Virus record (IMG/VR): IMGVR_UViG_3300049825_000213
Coordinates: 1 to 53,686 of that record
Reading direction: 5' to 3' (one strand)
From: a virus
Lineage: Duplodnaviria; Caudoviricetes
DNA: 53,686 bases
Positions 16,713-26,410 of this stretch are shown here, piece after piece (position 1 is the stretch's first letter; the number at the start of each line of letters is the position of its first letter). Position numbers and translations under genes: made by a program. The notes below the pieces were generated by a model that worked only from the letters and a program-made list of their open reading frames with translations, was not told the origin of the DNA and ran no database searches.

Positions 16713-18403
16713 TGGCTGACGCGCCCGTTATCTCGAAGGCCCGTTGCCGAGAGCTTGCCGAACAGGGTGACCGCGAGTTCAAGCGGCGTGAGCCTCTGCT
16801 GTCGCTCTGGCAGGAGATGGCGCTCAACTTCATGCCGATGCGGGCGGACTTCACCTCTCCTATTCCGATGGGTGAGGAGTTTGCATCTCATCTGATGACT
16901 GGCCGTCCGTTGCTGGCACAGCGTGATCTCGGTAATGCAATATCGTCCATGTTGCGCCCCCGTGGCAAGCAGTGGGTGCATGCCAGGACGATGGACGATC
17001 GGATCAATACCGATGCTGGAGCACGCCAATCACTGGATGCGATTTCGGAACGGCTGTTGCGCATCTTCAATTTTCAGGATTCCGGCTTTGTGCGGGCTAC
17101 TAAGCAGGGTGACAACGATTTCACCATATTCGGCCAGTGTGTTCTGTCACCCGATGTGTCGCGCAATCGGCGGTTCATTCTCTATCGCAGCTGGCACCTG
17201 CGTGACACGGTGTGGTGCGAGAATGCGGAGCTCAAGATCAAACGCGTTGACCGCGACTGGGTGCTTGAGGCCGTCGAGCTGAAGAAGCAGTTCGGTGATA
17301 AGGTATCGTCGGCAATTGACAAGGCGCTCAAGACAGAGCCGTACAGGCCCGTGAAATGCCGTCACATTGTTCTGCCGGCGGATGAATATGACCTTGGCAA
17401 TTACGGGGAGAAGAAGGTCAACAAGGAGAGGTTTCCGTTCGTATCGATCTACATTGACCGTGAGAACGATGTCATCCTTGAGGAGTTGCCGCGGCGTAGG
17501 CTGGGCTACATCATTCCGCGCTGGGTGACGCCGTCCGGGACGCAATACGCTCACTCACCGGCAACCGTGGTTGGCCTGCCTGAGGCGCGGTTACTGCAAC
17601 AGATCACGTTGACCTTGCTGGAGTCTGGCCAGAAGTCTGTTGATCCGCCGATGAAAGCGACCCGGGAGGCGATTGCAGGCGGGGTCAATCTGTTCGCCGG
17701 TGGGGTGACCTGGGTTGACGCGGAATATGACGAGCGGCTTGGCGGGGCGTTGGAGCCGATATGGAAGTCCAATCCTGACCTCCGATCTGGCGAGCTTCGG
17801 GCGGAAAAGATTGAGCAGCTGCTGGCTGAGGCATTCTACCTCAACAAGATTGCGCTCCCGACCCAGGACAACAAAGAGCGTACCATGTACGAGGTGTCCA
17901 AGCTCTTTGACGATTACGTGCGTGGTGCGCTGCCGTTATTCGAGCCTCTTGAGGTCGAGTACAATGGAGCACTGTGCGAGGAGACGTTTCATCTCGGGAT
18001 GGACAACGGTGCGTTTTCCGATGTTGTGGAAAATCTGCCGGCGGCGTTGCGCGGTCAGGATGTGGTTTGGAACTTTGAGTCACCGTTGCAGGCGGCGGCA
18101 GAGCGCGCGAAGTCTGAAGCCTTCGTGACTGCGATGCAATTATTGACTCAGGCTGTGCAGATTGACCCCGCCGCCAAACGTGACTTCGATGTTTCGAAGA
18201 GTTTCCGGGATGCGGTCGTTGGTTCTGGTGCGCCGTCCAACTGGATTGTGCCCCAGGATCAGGCTGACGCCGCGCGTGAGCAGGATCAGCAGATGGAACA
18301 GGCCATGCAGGCCGGACAGGCTGTTGGCGGGGCTGCCCAGGTGGCGCAACAGGTCGGTGCCGCTGGTCAGCAGTTGCAACAGGCGGGGATGGCTGGGACA
18401 TGA
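16712..18403 (+). CDS. Portal (head-tail connector), T7/BPP-1 type
   Basis: 563 aa; WQEMA...P.RADF, YIIPRW...YAHSPA, VDPPM, RTMYEV, SPL motifs. Confidence 0.9.
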   Translation: MADAPVISKARCRELAEQGDREFKRREPLLSLWQEMALNFMPMRADFTSPIPMGEEFASHLMTGRPLLAQRDLGNAISSMLRPRGKQWVHARTMDDRINTDAGARQSLDAISERLLRIFNFQDSGFVRATKQGDNDFTIFGQCVLSPDVSRNRRFILYRSWHLRDTVWCENAELKIKRVDRDWVLEAVELKKQFGDKVSSAIDKALKTEPYRPVKCRHIVLPADEYDLGNYGEKKVNKERFPFVSIYIDRENDVILEELPRRRLGYIIPRWVTPSGTQYAHSPATVVGLPEARLLQQITLTLLESGQKSVDPPMKATREAIAGGVNLFAGGVTWVDAEYDERLGGALEPIWKSNPDLRSGELRAEKIEQLLAEAFYLNKIALPTQDNKERTMYEVSKLFDDYVRGALPLFEPLEVEYNGALCEETFHLGMDNGAFSDVVENLPAALRGQDVVWNFESPLQAAAERAKSEAFVTAMQLLTQAVQIDPAAKRDFDVSKSFRDAVVGSGAPSNWIVPQDQADAAREQDQQMEQAMQAGQAVGGAAQVAQQVGAAGQQLQQAGMAGT

Positions 18404-18690
18404 GCAAGGCTCCTCGTCGAGGCCCGCCACGCGATCCGTGGGTACCCCCGGCGTATGACGATTTTGACATTGGCACGATCAAGGCGCTCAATGCCGGTCA
18501 TGCCAGTGAGGGCCAGCAGCGGCACGCACTGCGGTTCCTGGTCGAGAAGATGTGCGGAACCTATGACCTGAGCTTTCGGCCTGGCACATTGGATGGCCAG
18601 CGCGCCACGGACTTTGCGGAGGGCCGGCGCTTTGTCGGACTGCAGATTGTAAAACTGATCAACATGGATATGCCAACAAATGCCAAGTGA
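18400..18690 (+). CDS. Conserved small head-module protein (BPP-1 Bbp19-like)
   Basis: TDFAEGRRFVGLQI motif between portal and scaffold. Confidence 0.75.
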   Translation: MSKAPRRGPPRDPWVPPAYDDFDIGTIKALNAGHASEGQQRHALRFLVEKMCGTYDLSFRPGTLDGQRATDFAEGRRFVGLQIVKLINMDMPTNAK

Positions 18691-19666
18691 TACCATCATT
18701 GCTCCGCAAGCTGCCCCTGTCGTTACCCCTCCCGCTGTTGCGGTTGTTCCGCCCATTGTGCAGCCAGGATCGCTGCCTCCGCCGGCAGTGGCCGATGGTG
18801 GCGTTGTTCCGCCGGTAGTGGCTGATGCCTTCCCGGCCAACTGGCGCGACCAGTTCGCGGATCAGACAGCGCCTGGCGATGCCAACTTTCGTAAAAGGCT
18901 AGACCGCTTTACGGCACCGTCTGACGTGGCCAAGAGCTGGCGCGCGCTTGAGCTCAAGCAGTCCTCCGGTGAACTGAAGTCCCAGCTTCCGAAGGAAGCT
19001 ACACCAGAGCAGGTCGCGCAGTGGCGGAAGGACAACGGCATTCCCGAGAAGCCTGAGGGCTATGTGGAGAAGCTGGCTCTGCCGAATGGGCTCGTGCTCG
19101 GGGATGAGGACAAGCCGATCGTGGCTGAATTTGCGGCTGCGGCGCATGAGGATAATATTCCGCCGACTGCGTTCAACAAGCTGGTTGAACGGTACTACAA
19201 GATTCAGGATGCCATCGCGATCAAGCGCGAGGAGACTGACGGCAAGTTCAAACAGGAAACCGACGACAGTCTCCGTAACGAGTGGGGTCCCGACTATCGG
19301 GCCAATATCAATGCGGTAGGAAACTTGCTGGCCCGTATGCCGGCGGGCTTTGATGCACAACTGCTCGGTGCGCGCATTGCGGCGCCAACCAAGGATGATC
19401 CAGGCCGGAGCGTATCGCTCGGCAATCATCCTGCGTTCATCAAGTGGGCGGCTGCGATGGAGCGCGAGATCAATCCGGTGGCAACGCTTCTGCCGTCGCG
19501 CGGGGGCGATCCAGCGGCTGGTGTCAATGCTCGCTTGGCCGAGATCAAGGAATTCAGGTCGAAGAACCCTGACGGGTACGACCAGGACCAGAAGATGCAG
19601 GCTGAAGAGCTCAAGCTCATTGAGGCGCGGGACAAGATGTCAGCGCGCGGTCAGCAGGCGGCGTAG
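18680..19666 (+). CDS. Capsid scaffolding protein
   Basis: Pro/Ala-rich N-terminus, GIPEKPEGY, LRNEWG; upstream of the capsid gene. Confidence 0.8.
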   Translation: MPSDTIIAPQAAPVVTPPAVAVVPPIVQPGSLPPPAVADGGVVPPVVADAFPANWRDQFADQTAPGDANFRKRLDRFTAPSDVAKSWRALELKQSSGELKSQLPKEATPEQVAQWRKDNGIPEKPEGYVEKLALPNGLVLGDEDKPIVAEFAAAAHEDNIPPTAFNKLVERYYKIQDAIAIKREETDGKFKQETDDSLRNEWGPDYRANINAVGNLLARMPAGFDAQLLGARIAAPTKDDPGRSVSLGNHPAFIKWAAAMEREINPVATLLPSRGGDPAAGVNARLAEIKEFRSKNPDGYDQDQKMQAEELKLIEARDKMSARGQQAA

Positions 19667-19699
19667 GAGCCGCGAACATCCTAATTCACGCGCCGCGTC

Positions 19700-19835
19700 G
19701 CGCGCCGGACAACCCTGTAAAGGCCCCGGACCCAGACGCACACACGCCAAAGTTGGCCCTTTAATCGTGACCTGACGGCCCCGCGTTACTGCGGACAACC
19801 CAGACGGCCACGCCACAGGCAACCCGATCAGAGGC
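19700..19835 (+). ncRNA. Candidate structured 5' leader of the capsid gene with a repeated internal-loop motif
   Basis: GG-ACAAC-CC / GG-CC-CC internal loop occurs twice, plus a variant third copy. Confidence 0.55.
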
Positions 19836-19876
19836 AAATCGAAAGGACAAAAGGAACTCTGAAAGGAGCTTGACCC

Positions 19877-20716
19877 ATGCCGGTCGAAGCCCAAGTTATC
19901 CAATATCGCGATGCGTTCATCGACCAGTTCGAAACGCGCGCTTCTGTTTTCAGGACCATGTCGACCAAGGAATCGATGTCGAAGGGGCAGGTTGTGACCT
20001 TCCTCGTTGCCGGTTCTGGCACCGACACCGCGGTGACTCGCGGCGTTAACGGTCTCATCCCCTACGGCAACCCGACCAACACGCAGGTCTCTGCGACTTT
20101 GGTCGAAAAGCATGCGCCGTATGAACTGACCGGGTTCAACATCTTTGCCTCTCAGGGTGATCAAAAGGCGATCATGCGCAAGGCGAGCATGAGCGTGATC
20201 AATCGCGACATCGATCTGATCTGCTTGGCGGAGCTTGCGAATGCCACGATTGATACCGGCGCCTTTGCCACTGCCTCATTGGCCATGGTTGAAAAGGCCC
20301 GTGCCTATCTAGGCAACCAAAGCGTCCCGATCGAGGAAGAGGACAACATGTTTGCTGTCGTCTCTCCGACGTTCCGGGCGCATCTCAACCAGACCACGGA
20401 GTTTTCCTCGGGGGACTTCGTGGACGTTAAGCCCATGGTTGGGCCAATGCGCAAGATGTGGCGTTGGAACGGCATCAACTGGGCCATTTCCTCGCTCATC
20501 ACGGGCATTGGGACTGCTTCCGAGCTGTGCTACATGTTCCACCGGTCGGCATTTGGCTATGCCGTCAACATCGGCGAGGAGTCTATCCAGATTGGCTATG
20601 ACGCCAAGCAGGACAGTTCCTGGTCGCGCTGCACCATCTTCCACGCTGCCAAGGTCTTGCAGAACACCGGCATCGTGCAGCTCAAGCACGACGGTTCGGC
20701 GTCCGGCCTGTCGTAA
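19877..20716 (+). CDS. Major capsid protein
   Basis: 279 aa, AAGGAG RBS, biased codon use, position after the scaffold, TAATAA stop. Confidence 0.88.
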   Translation: MPVEAQVIQYRDAFIDQFETRASVFRTMSTKESMSKGQVVTFLVAGSGTDTAVTRGVNGLIPYGNPTNTQVSATLVEKHAPYELTGFNIFASQGDQKAIMRKASMSVINRDIDLICLAELANATIDTGAFATASLAMVEKARAYLGNQSVPIEEEDNMFAVVSPTFRAHLNQTTEFSSGDFVDVKPMVGPMRKMWRWNGINWAISSLITGIGTASELCYMFHRSAFGYAVNIGEESIQIGYDAKQDSSWSRCTIFHAAKVLQNTGIVQLKHDGSASGLS

Positions 20717-20745
20717 TAACCAATCACAACTGAAAGGATAACGAC

Positions 20746-21009
20746 ATGGCATACGTTCCCGACAATTTGATCCTGGCCGATATTGGCATCGGCGGGATCA
20801 TCCCGCGCGTGTTCTACTACCAAACCGCCTCCGACGCTGACGCGACTATCGTGGGCGCCGGATACTTTTCGGACGGCGTTACCAAGGGGATGAGGGTTGC
20901 AGACCTCGTCATCGTGGTGGCGACCACCGGACCGAAAAAGAAGGAATACCAGGTGGCATCGGTATCCGGCCAGGCGGCTACGGTCGCCGCCGTTACCGCC
21001 ATCACCTGA
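20746..21009 (+). CDS. Small capsid-associated protein
   Basis: IVGAGYFSDG...GMRVADLV pattern directly after the capsid gene. Confidence 0.7.
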   Translation: MAYVPDNLILADIGIGGIIPRVFYYQTASDADATIVGAGYFSDGVTKGMRVADLVIVVATTGPKKKEYQVASVSGQAATVAAVTAIT

Positions 21010-21017
21010 GCTAGGCG

Positions 21018-21045
21018 CCGGGCTCGTGAGCGCTCACGGGCTCGG
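21018..21045 (+). terminator. GC-rich hairpin after the capsid genes
   Basis: CCGGGCTCGTGAG-CG-CTCACGGGCTCGG; no clear U-tract. Confidence 0.4.
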
Positions 21046-21070
21046 TTCCGCTTGAAAAAAGGAAACCAGT

Positions 21071-21541
21071 ATGACTGAACCGACTGCGCGCATGTCGCGC
21101 ATGACAGGCAAGAACTTCGGCCCTGCGACCTACCGGTATAACCAGTGGGACGCGGACCTCGACGAAAACCAGACCATTGAGGATGCGCTCAACCCACGCT
21201 TCTGGGTCGACCAGGCCGGCACCCTTATGGGCCACGACAAGGGCAACCCGAAGGGGCGGGGCGATCTCATCCATTTGCGCAAGATGGATACTGGGATGTA
21301 TGTCAAGCTGCTTGTGACTGAGATTGGTCCTGGGTACGTCAAGGTCATTGTGGTTGAGGGTGCACAGCCGAAGGAGCCGGAAATGCCGGAATCCTCGCCG
21401 TTGACGACGAAATGGAATGTCGGCCGCCGGGTGCACGAGGTTGTGCGCAAGATCGATGGTGGCGTTCTTTCGACCGGGCACCAGACGAAGCAAGGTGCGA
21501 TCGACTGGATTACCGAGCACACCAAGCAGATGGCGGCGTAA
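21071..21541 (+). CDS. Hypothetical virion-module protein
   Basis: 156-aa ORF with AAGGA RBS. Confidence 0.7.
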   Translation: MTEPTARMSRMTGKNFGPATYRYNQWDADLDENQTIEDALNPRFWVDQAGTLMGHDKGNPKGRGDLIHLRKMDTGMYVKLLVTEIGPGYVKVIVVEGAQPKEPEMPESSPLTTKWNVGRRVHEVVRKIDGGVLSTGHQTKQGAIDWITEHTKQMAA

Positions 21542-22174
21542 ATGACGAGCCAGCTCGCGCTATACAATGAATCTCTGGCCTATCTTGGCGAGCGCAAGCT
21601 TGGTTCATTGTCCGAGAATCGCGAGCCCCGGCGCGTGTTGGACGACTTCTACTCCAGCACCGTCAACTACTGTCTGGCGCGCGGGTTCTGGAACTTCGCC
21701 ATGCGCGCGGTTTCAATGACTGCATCTGCGACAATCACGCCGCAGTTCGGCTATACCTTCGCATTTGAGAAGCCGAGCGACTGGGTTCGGACCTTCATGG
21801 TTTCGGACAATGAGAACTTCTACCCATTGTTGGCCAGATACAACGATGAGGCATTCGTGATCTATTGCGATGCAGCGCCGTTGTATTTCAAATACGTGAG
21901 CAACAATGCCAGCTACGGCCTCAACCTGGCGGCATGGCCTGAGACCTTTGCGGACTATGTGGCGCTTCGGCTGGCTTACCGAGCGGCCAAGCGCATCAAG
22001 AATGCAGGGGCTGACGAGGTGGAGTCGTTGATGAAGCAGGCCATCAGGGCGTGTTCTGTGGCTGGCGGAGTGGATGCGATGGACGAGCCGCCGATGCAGC
22101 CTCCGACCGGCACATGGGCGCAGTCGCGCGCAGGGCAGTATCGAGGGCCGCGTAATGTGGCGTGGGGGAGGTGA
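21542..22174 (+). CDS. Tail tubular protein A (adaptor)
   Basis: YNESLAYLG...WNFA...FEKPSDW...FADYVALRLA. Confidence 0.82.
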   Translation: MTSQLALYNESLAYLGERKLGSLSENREPRRVLDDFYSSTVNYCLARGFWNFAMRAVSMTASATITPQFGYTFAFEKPSDWVRTFMVSDNENFYPLLARYNDEAFVIYCDAAPLYFKYVSNNASYGLNLAAWPETFADYVALRLAYRAAKRIKNAGADEVESLMKQAIRACSVAGGVDAMDEPPMQPPTGTWAQSRAGQYRGPRNVAWGR

Positions 22175-22551
22175 TGCAAATCAGTATTCACTGGATTGGC
22201 ATTTCGACCAAATTCCGCCAGGTGCATTCATGTGAGCTACAGACATGGCTGGCCAAGTTTTGCATAGGTGATGCGCCTGAGTGGTATAGGATCGCGCCGC
22301 GAAAGCCTCTTGGTAGAGTTGTGATGGGGCCGTTGCAAACTGACCAATGCCCAGTGAAGATCGTCGAATTTATTGTACAAGAAGATTGCCTGTATGACAG
22401 GACCGGATTGGTTGGAAAAAGATTAATAGTTACTCCGTCCGAATGGTCTCGACTCGTGCTTGACGAGTGGGAGTGTGAGATGTGTAGGATTGGCGTTCTC
22501 GGGATACCTGTATTTGGTAATGTGTCTGAGTCTTTCGGTGCGACGATCTGA
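22174..22551 (+). CDS. Inserted hypothetical protein
   Basis: Coupled on both sides (GGAGG-TGATG; TGATG); more AT-rich than its neighbours. Confidence 0.5.
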   Translation: MQISIHWIGISTKFRQVHSCELQTWLAKFCIGDAPEWYRIAPRKPLGRVVMGPLQTDQCPVKIVEFIVQEDCLYDRTGLVGKRLIVTPSEWSRLVLDEWECEMCRIGVLGIPVFGNVSESFGATI

Positions 22552-25457
22552 TGGCCCGCGTCAACGCGCCCCAGCTTGCCTTTTCTGCCGGTGAGATTTC
22601 CCCCGCCGCATTGGCACGTGTTGATGTTGAGAAGTTGCGGTTGGCGGCGCGTTGTCAGGTCAACTGGGATGCGACAGTCATCGGCTCGATGAGCCTGCGG
22701 GCTGGCCTCGGTTATCTCGGGTCGACCAAGAGTGATGCGGCCGGTCTGCTGTTGCCGTTTGTCTTCGGCACACATGACACTGCGCTATTGGAATTGACAG
22801 CCCTTGTTATGCGGGTGTGGAAGAGCGATGCGCTGATCACGCGGCCATCTGTCGCAACTGTGGTCACCAATGGGGATATGTCGTCATCGGCGGGGTGGAC
22901 ACTGACCGCATCGTCCGGTGCCAGCGCTGCAATATCTGGTGGCAGGCTTACATTGTCTGCCAGTGCGATCGGGTCAACTGCGTTTTGCGAGCGGTCTGTC
23001 ACGGTTGCCGGTGGCGATCAGAACGTGGTGCATGGTCTGCGCATTATTGTTGGCGACACCAATCTGCAGGGCGGGCCGGTCACGTTCCAAGTAGGCAGTA
23101 CGTCGGGAGGGACGGAATATATTTCGCAGACCACGCTGTCGCCAGGCACGCACTCTATCGCATTCACCCCCACCTCATCACCCTTCTATGTGAGGTTCAG
23201 CACTGCGACATGGACGGACAAGATTGTTGACTCGATCACGGTTGAGGCGTCAGGAGTAATGGAGTTACCGACGCCATGGACGGCAAACGATCTTAGCTAC
23301 GTGCGCATTGCGCAGAGCGCTGATATTGTCTATGTCGCGTGTGATGGCATCGCGCAGTATCAGATCGAGCGACGGAATAACGACTCGTGGTCGGTCGTCA
23401 AGTATCGCGCCGACAAGGGGCCGTTTGTCAGCAAGCCGGCCTGGGCTGCGCCGATCACCATGGCGCTCTCGGCGCAATACGGCAATGTGACGCTGACGAC
23501 GGGCGCGAGTTACTGGAAGTCAAGCGATGTTGGATCACTGATCAAGCTTCCAGTGATCCAACAGGATATGGTTCGTCAGATCGGGGCAGCGAACAACTTC
23601 ACGGAAGCATTTCGCCTGCACGGGATAGGCACTAACAACGATTATTCTTGGGTGACGACCGGAACGTGGGTTGGCACGATCAGGTCATTTCATTCATACG
23701 ATTCGGCGGTGGACGGGTTTGCGCGACAGGATTCGGCCACAACGAATACGACAAAGACGGTCACACTCGGCACCGATCACGACAATGTGATCACGTGGGT
23801 TCGTTTTGGATTCGACCGTGCGTCTGACTATACGTCAGGAAACGTTACGGTGACGGTCAGCTATAAGTCATCGCCTGGCGAGGTTGGCGGCTTTGGAATT
23901 GCCCGCGTTACCAGCTATTCATCTGCGACTGTGGTCAATGCCGAAATGCTGACACCGACACGCGATCTGGATATTGAGGCGACGTGGAAGGTTGGAAAGT
24001 GGGCGAGCGGTTTGGGCTATCCATCTGCTGTCGCGCTTGATCAGGGCCGTCTGTGGTGGGCGGGGCGAGACGATATTGATGGGTCGGTATCGGATGACTA
24101 CACGAACTTTGATGATACGGTTGAGGGTGATTCCGGGCCGATATCACGCACGCTTGGTGGCTCAACAGTTGAGATCATCAACTGGATATTGCCGCTTGGC
24201 CGGCTGATGGTCGGAACCGAGGGGGCGGAAGTTTCGGTTCGCTCGTCATCGCAGGATGAGCCATTGACGCCTACCAACGCCATGCCGAAGTCTTCGAGCA
24301 CTCAAGGGTCAGCCAACTTGCCGGCGCTCAAGATTGATAATCGCGGCGTGTTCGTGGAGAAGTCTGGCCGCAGGGTGTTTGAATTGGCTCCGGACCCGCA
24401 GGTCGGCGATTATGTCTCCTATGATCTGACCAAGCTCAATCTTGATATTGGCATTCCAGGCTTTGTGTCGCTCGCGGTACAGCGTCAGCCCGACACCAGG
24501 ATGCACTTCGTTCGCAGCGATGGGCAGGACGCAATTCTGTTGCGCGAACCGCAAGATGAGGTCACGGGCTGGACGCGATCCATGACGTTGGGTGTCATCG
24601 AGCGCGTCTGTGTGCTCCCCGGCAATATCGAGGACAGCGTCTATTACATTGTCAAGCGTACTATCAATGGTAGCACGAAGCGCTTCATCGAGAAGAAGGC
24701 CCGCCGCGACCAGTGTGTAGGGGCGAGCCTCAACTATCAGGCTGATGCGTATGTGAGCATATCCCAGGCATCGTCGACCACGATCACTGGGCTGTCGCAT
24801 CTCGAAGGCGAAACGGTCGTGGTTTGGGCCAACGCCAAGGACCTCGGAAGCTATACGGTTTCTGGCGGGCAGATCACGGGGGTTTCCGAGGCGGTGACTA
24901 CGGCCATTGTGGGCCTCGGTGGTATGACGTTTTCCTATGATTCGACGGCTGCGGCGACAATTGCTGTTGGCACAAAATACAATGGCTATCCGGCTGAGGT
25001 CTTTGCAAATCGATCAACGGGCGGCAAGCTGCGCTATATCGGGACTGTGACTGTAGCATCCGGCGTGGTGACGCTGCCGAATTCCAAGACGGCAACCAGA
25101 ATCATCGTCTATCTCGGCTACTATGCACCCTTTGTGTCGGCCAAGCTCGCCTACGGCGCGCAGATGGGCACAGCTTTGAATCAGCGAAAGAAAATCAACG
25201 CCATTGGGCTTATTGCGGAGAATATGCACCCTCAGGCACTGTGTGTTGGGCAAACATTCGAGCAACTGGATGATCTGCCGCTGATCGAGGAAGACTTTGC
25301 CGGCAGCCAGAATGAGATTTGGGATGAATATGATAACGATGTCACGACCGTTCCGGGGGAGTGGGACACTGATGCAAGATTGTGTATGCTGGCGGCGGCG
25401 CCCCGGCCGGTGACTTTGTCGGGCGTGGTGGTATCAATAACGACTCACGAAAAATGA
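22551..25457 (+). CDS. Tail tubular protein B (nozzle)
   Basis: AFSAGEISP...RVD N-terminus, AQSADIVY, YPSAV...QGRLWWAG, PRPVTLSGV C-terminus. Confidence 0.88.
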   Translation: MARVNAPQLAFSAGEISPAALARVDVEKLRLAARCQVNWDATVIGSMSLRAGLGYLGSTKSDAAGLLLPFVFGTHDTALLELTALVMRVWKSDALITRPSVATVVTNGDMSSSAGWTLTASSGASAAISGGRLTLSASAIGSTAFCERSVTVAGGDQNVVHGLRIIVGDTNLQGGPVTFQVGSTSGGTEYISQTTLSPGTHSIAFTPTSSPFYVRFSTATWTDKIVDSITVEASGVMELPTPWTANDLSYVRIAQSADIVYVACDGIAQYQIERRNNDSWSVVKYRADKGPFVSKPAWAAPITMALSAQYGNVTLTTGASYWKSSDVGSLIKLPVIQQDMVRQIGAANNFTEAFRLHGIGTNNDYSWVTTGTWVGTIRSFHSYDSAVDGFARQDSATTNTTKTVTLGTDHDNVITWVRFGFDRASDYTSGNVTVTVSYKSSPGEVGGFGIARVTSYSSATVVNAEMLTPTRDLDIEATWKVGKWASGLGYPSAVALDQGRLWWAGRDDIDGSVSDDYTNFDDTVEGDSGPISRTLGGSTVEIINWILPLGRLMVGTEGAEVSVRSSSQDEPLTPTNAMPKSSSTQGSANLPALKIDNRGVFVEKSGRRVFELAPDPQVGDYVSYDLTKLNLDIGIPGFVSLAVQRQPDTRMHFVRSDGQDAILLREPQDEVTGWTRSMTLGVIERVCVLPGNIEDSVYYIVKRTINGSTKRFIEKKARRDQCVGASLNYQADAYVSISQASSTTITGLSHLEGETVVVWANAKDLGSYTVSGGQITGVSEAVTTAIVGLGGMTFSYDSTAAATIAVGTKYNGYPAEVFANRSTGGKLRYIGTVTVASGVVTLPNSKTATRIIVYLGYYAPFVSAKLAYGAQMGTALNQRKKINAIGLIAENMHPQALCVGQTFEQLDDLPLIEEDFAGSQNEIWDEYDNDVTTVPGEWDTDARLCMLAAAPRPVTLSGVVVSITTHEK

Positions 25458-25825
25458 TCGTAACGATCCGGCCATCCACTCCAGAGGATATTCGTCACGT
25501 CATTGGTGAGCCGCTACCGTGGCGGGTCCGGGCGCTCACTGGTGAGATTGCCGGCCGGGTTATTGCGGTGGGCGGCCTCACATGGTTGCCGGGTGGCACG
25601 ATTGCAGCCTTTGCGGCACTGACTGATGAGGCGAGGAAATACAAGGTGTCGCTACACCGTGCGGGGCTTCGGCTCATGCGAGAGGCCAAGGAATCCGGCA
25701 TCAAGAGCGTTGTTGCGTCGGCGGACAGCGGGTCTGATCCGGCGCTGCGGTGGCTGTTACGGCTTGGGTTCAAGCCGGTTGAAAGCGATAATGAACGAAC
25801 AACATTTGTGTGGCGCAGCGAATAG
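25454..25825 (+). CDS. GNAT-fold protein (T7 gp13-like position)
   Basis: TIRPST.ED and ALRWLLRLGF; follows the nozzle gene. Confidence 0.7.
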   Translation: MIVTIRPSTPEDIRHVIGEPLPWRVRALTGEIAGRVIAVGGLTWLPGGTIAAFAALTDEARKYKVSLHRAGLRLMREAKESGIKSVVASADSGSDPALRWLLRLGFKPVESDNERTTFVWRSE

Positions 25826-25834
25826 GGGAGGCCG

Positions 25835-26410
25835 ATGACTGACGACGAGCCCATTTCGATCGGCGCGAGCCTTGCGGCATTGGCCACCACAGCTGCAGAG
25901 GCTGCAGGTGCGACCATTGCTGGGACGACGCTATCCGGTACCGCGGCGACGTTGTCTGGCGCTGGCGCAGTAGTGGGCGCCGCGGGTCAGCTGATGGCTG
26001 GGGCGGCGACGAAGGAGTCGGCCGAATATCGGGCACAGCAACTCGACATGGCCGCGACGGAAAGCAGGGCTGCATCACAGCGCCAGGCTTACGAACGGCG
26101 CCATGCTGCCAAACTGACGTTGTCGGCATTGCAGGCCCGCGCGGCGGCAAGTGCAGGAGATGCTTCCAACCCTGGCATCATCAAGCTGGGTGGCGACATT
26201 GCCAGCCGTGGGGAATATCAGGCGCTGTCGGAACTCTATCTTGGAGAAAACCGGGCGCGCGGCCTGCATGACGAGGCGACCGGCACCAGGATAAGCGGTG
26301 CGGCGGCGCGCACCGGTTCGTATTTCTCTGCCGCCGGAACGTTGGCGAGCGGATTTGGTTCGATGCTTAGCACCTACGGCAAGATGAACCCCGGACTGGT
26401 CAAGGCATAA
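25835..26410 (+). CDS. Internal virion (ejection) protein, gp14-like
   Basis: Ala/Gly-rich hydrophobic N-terminus, QARAAASAG. Confidence 0.72.
   Translation: MTDDEPISIGASLAALATTAAEAAGATIAGTTLSGTAATLSGAGAVVGAAGQLMAGAATKESAEYRAQQLDMAATESRAASQRQAYERRHAAKLTLSALQARAAASAGDASNPGIIKLGGDIASRGEYQALSELYLGENRARGLHDEATGTRISGAAARTGSYFSAAGTLASGFGSMLSTYGKMNPGLVKA

Noticed and set aside
20700-20760. T7 10B-like capsid frameshift or readthrough
   Set aside because: Double TAATAA stop, no obvious slippery site, and the next gene has its own RBS.
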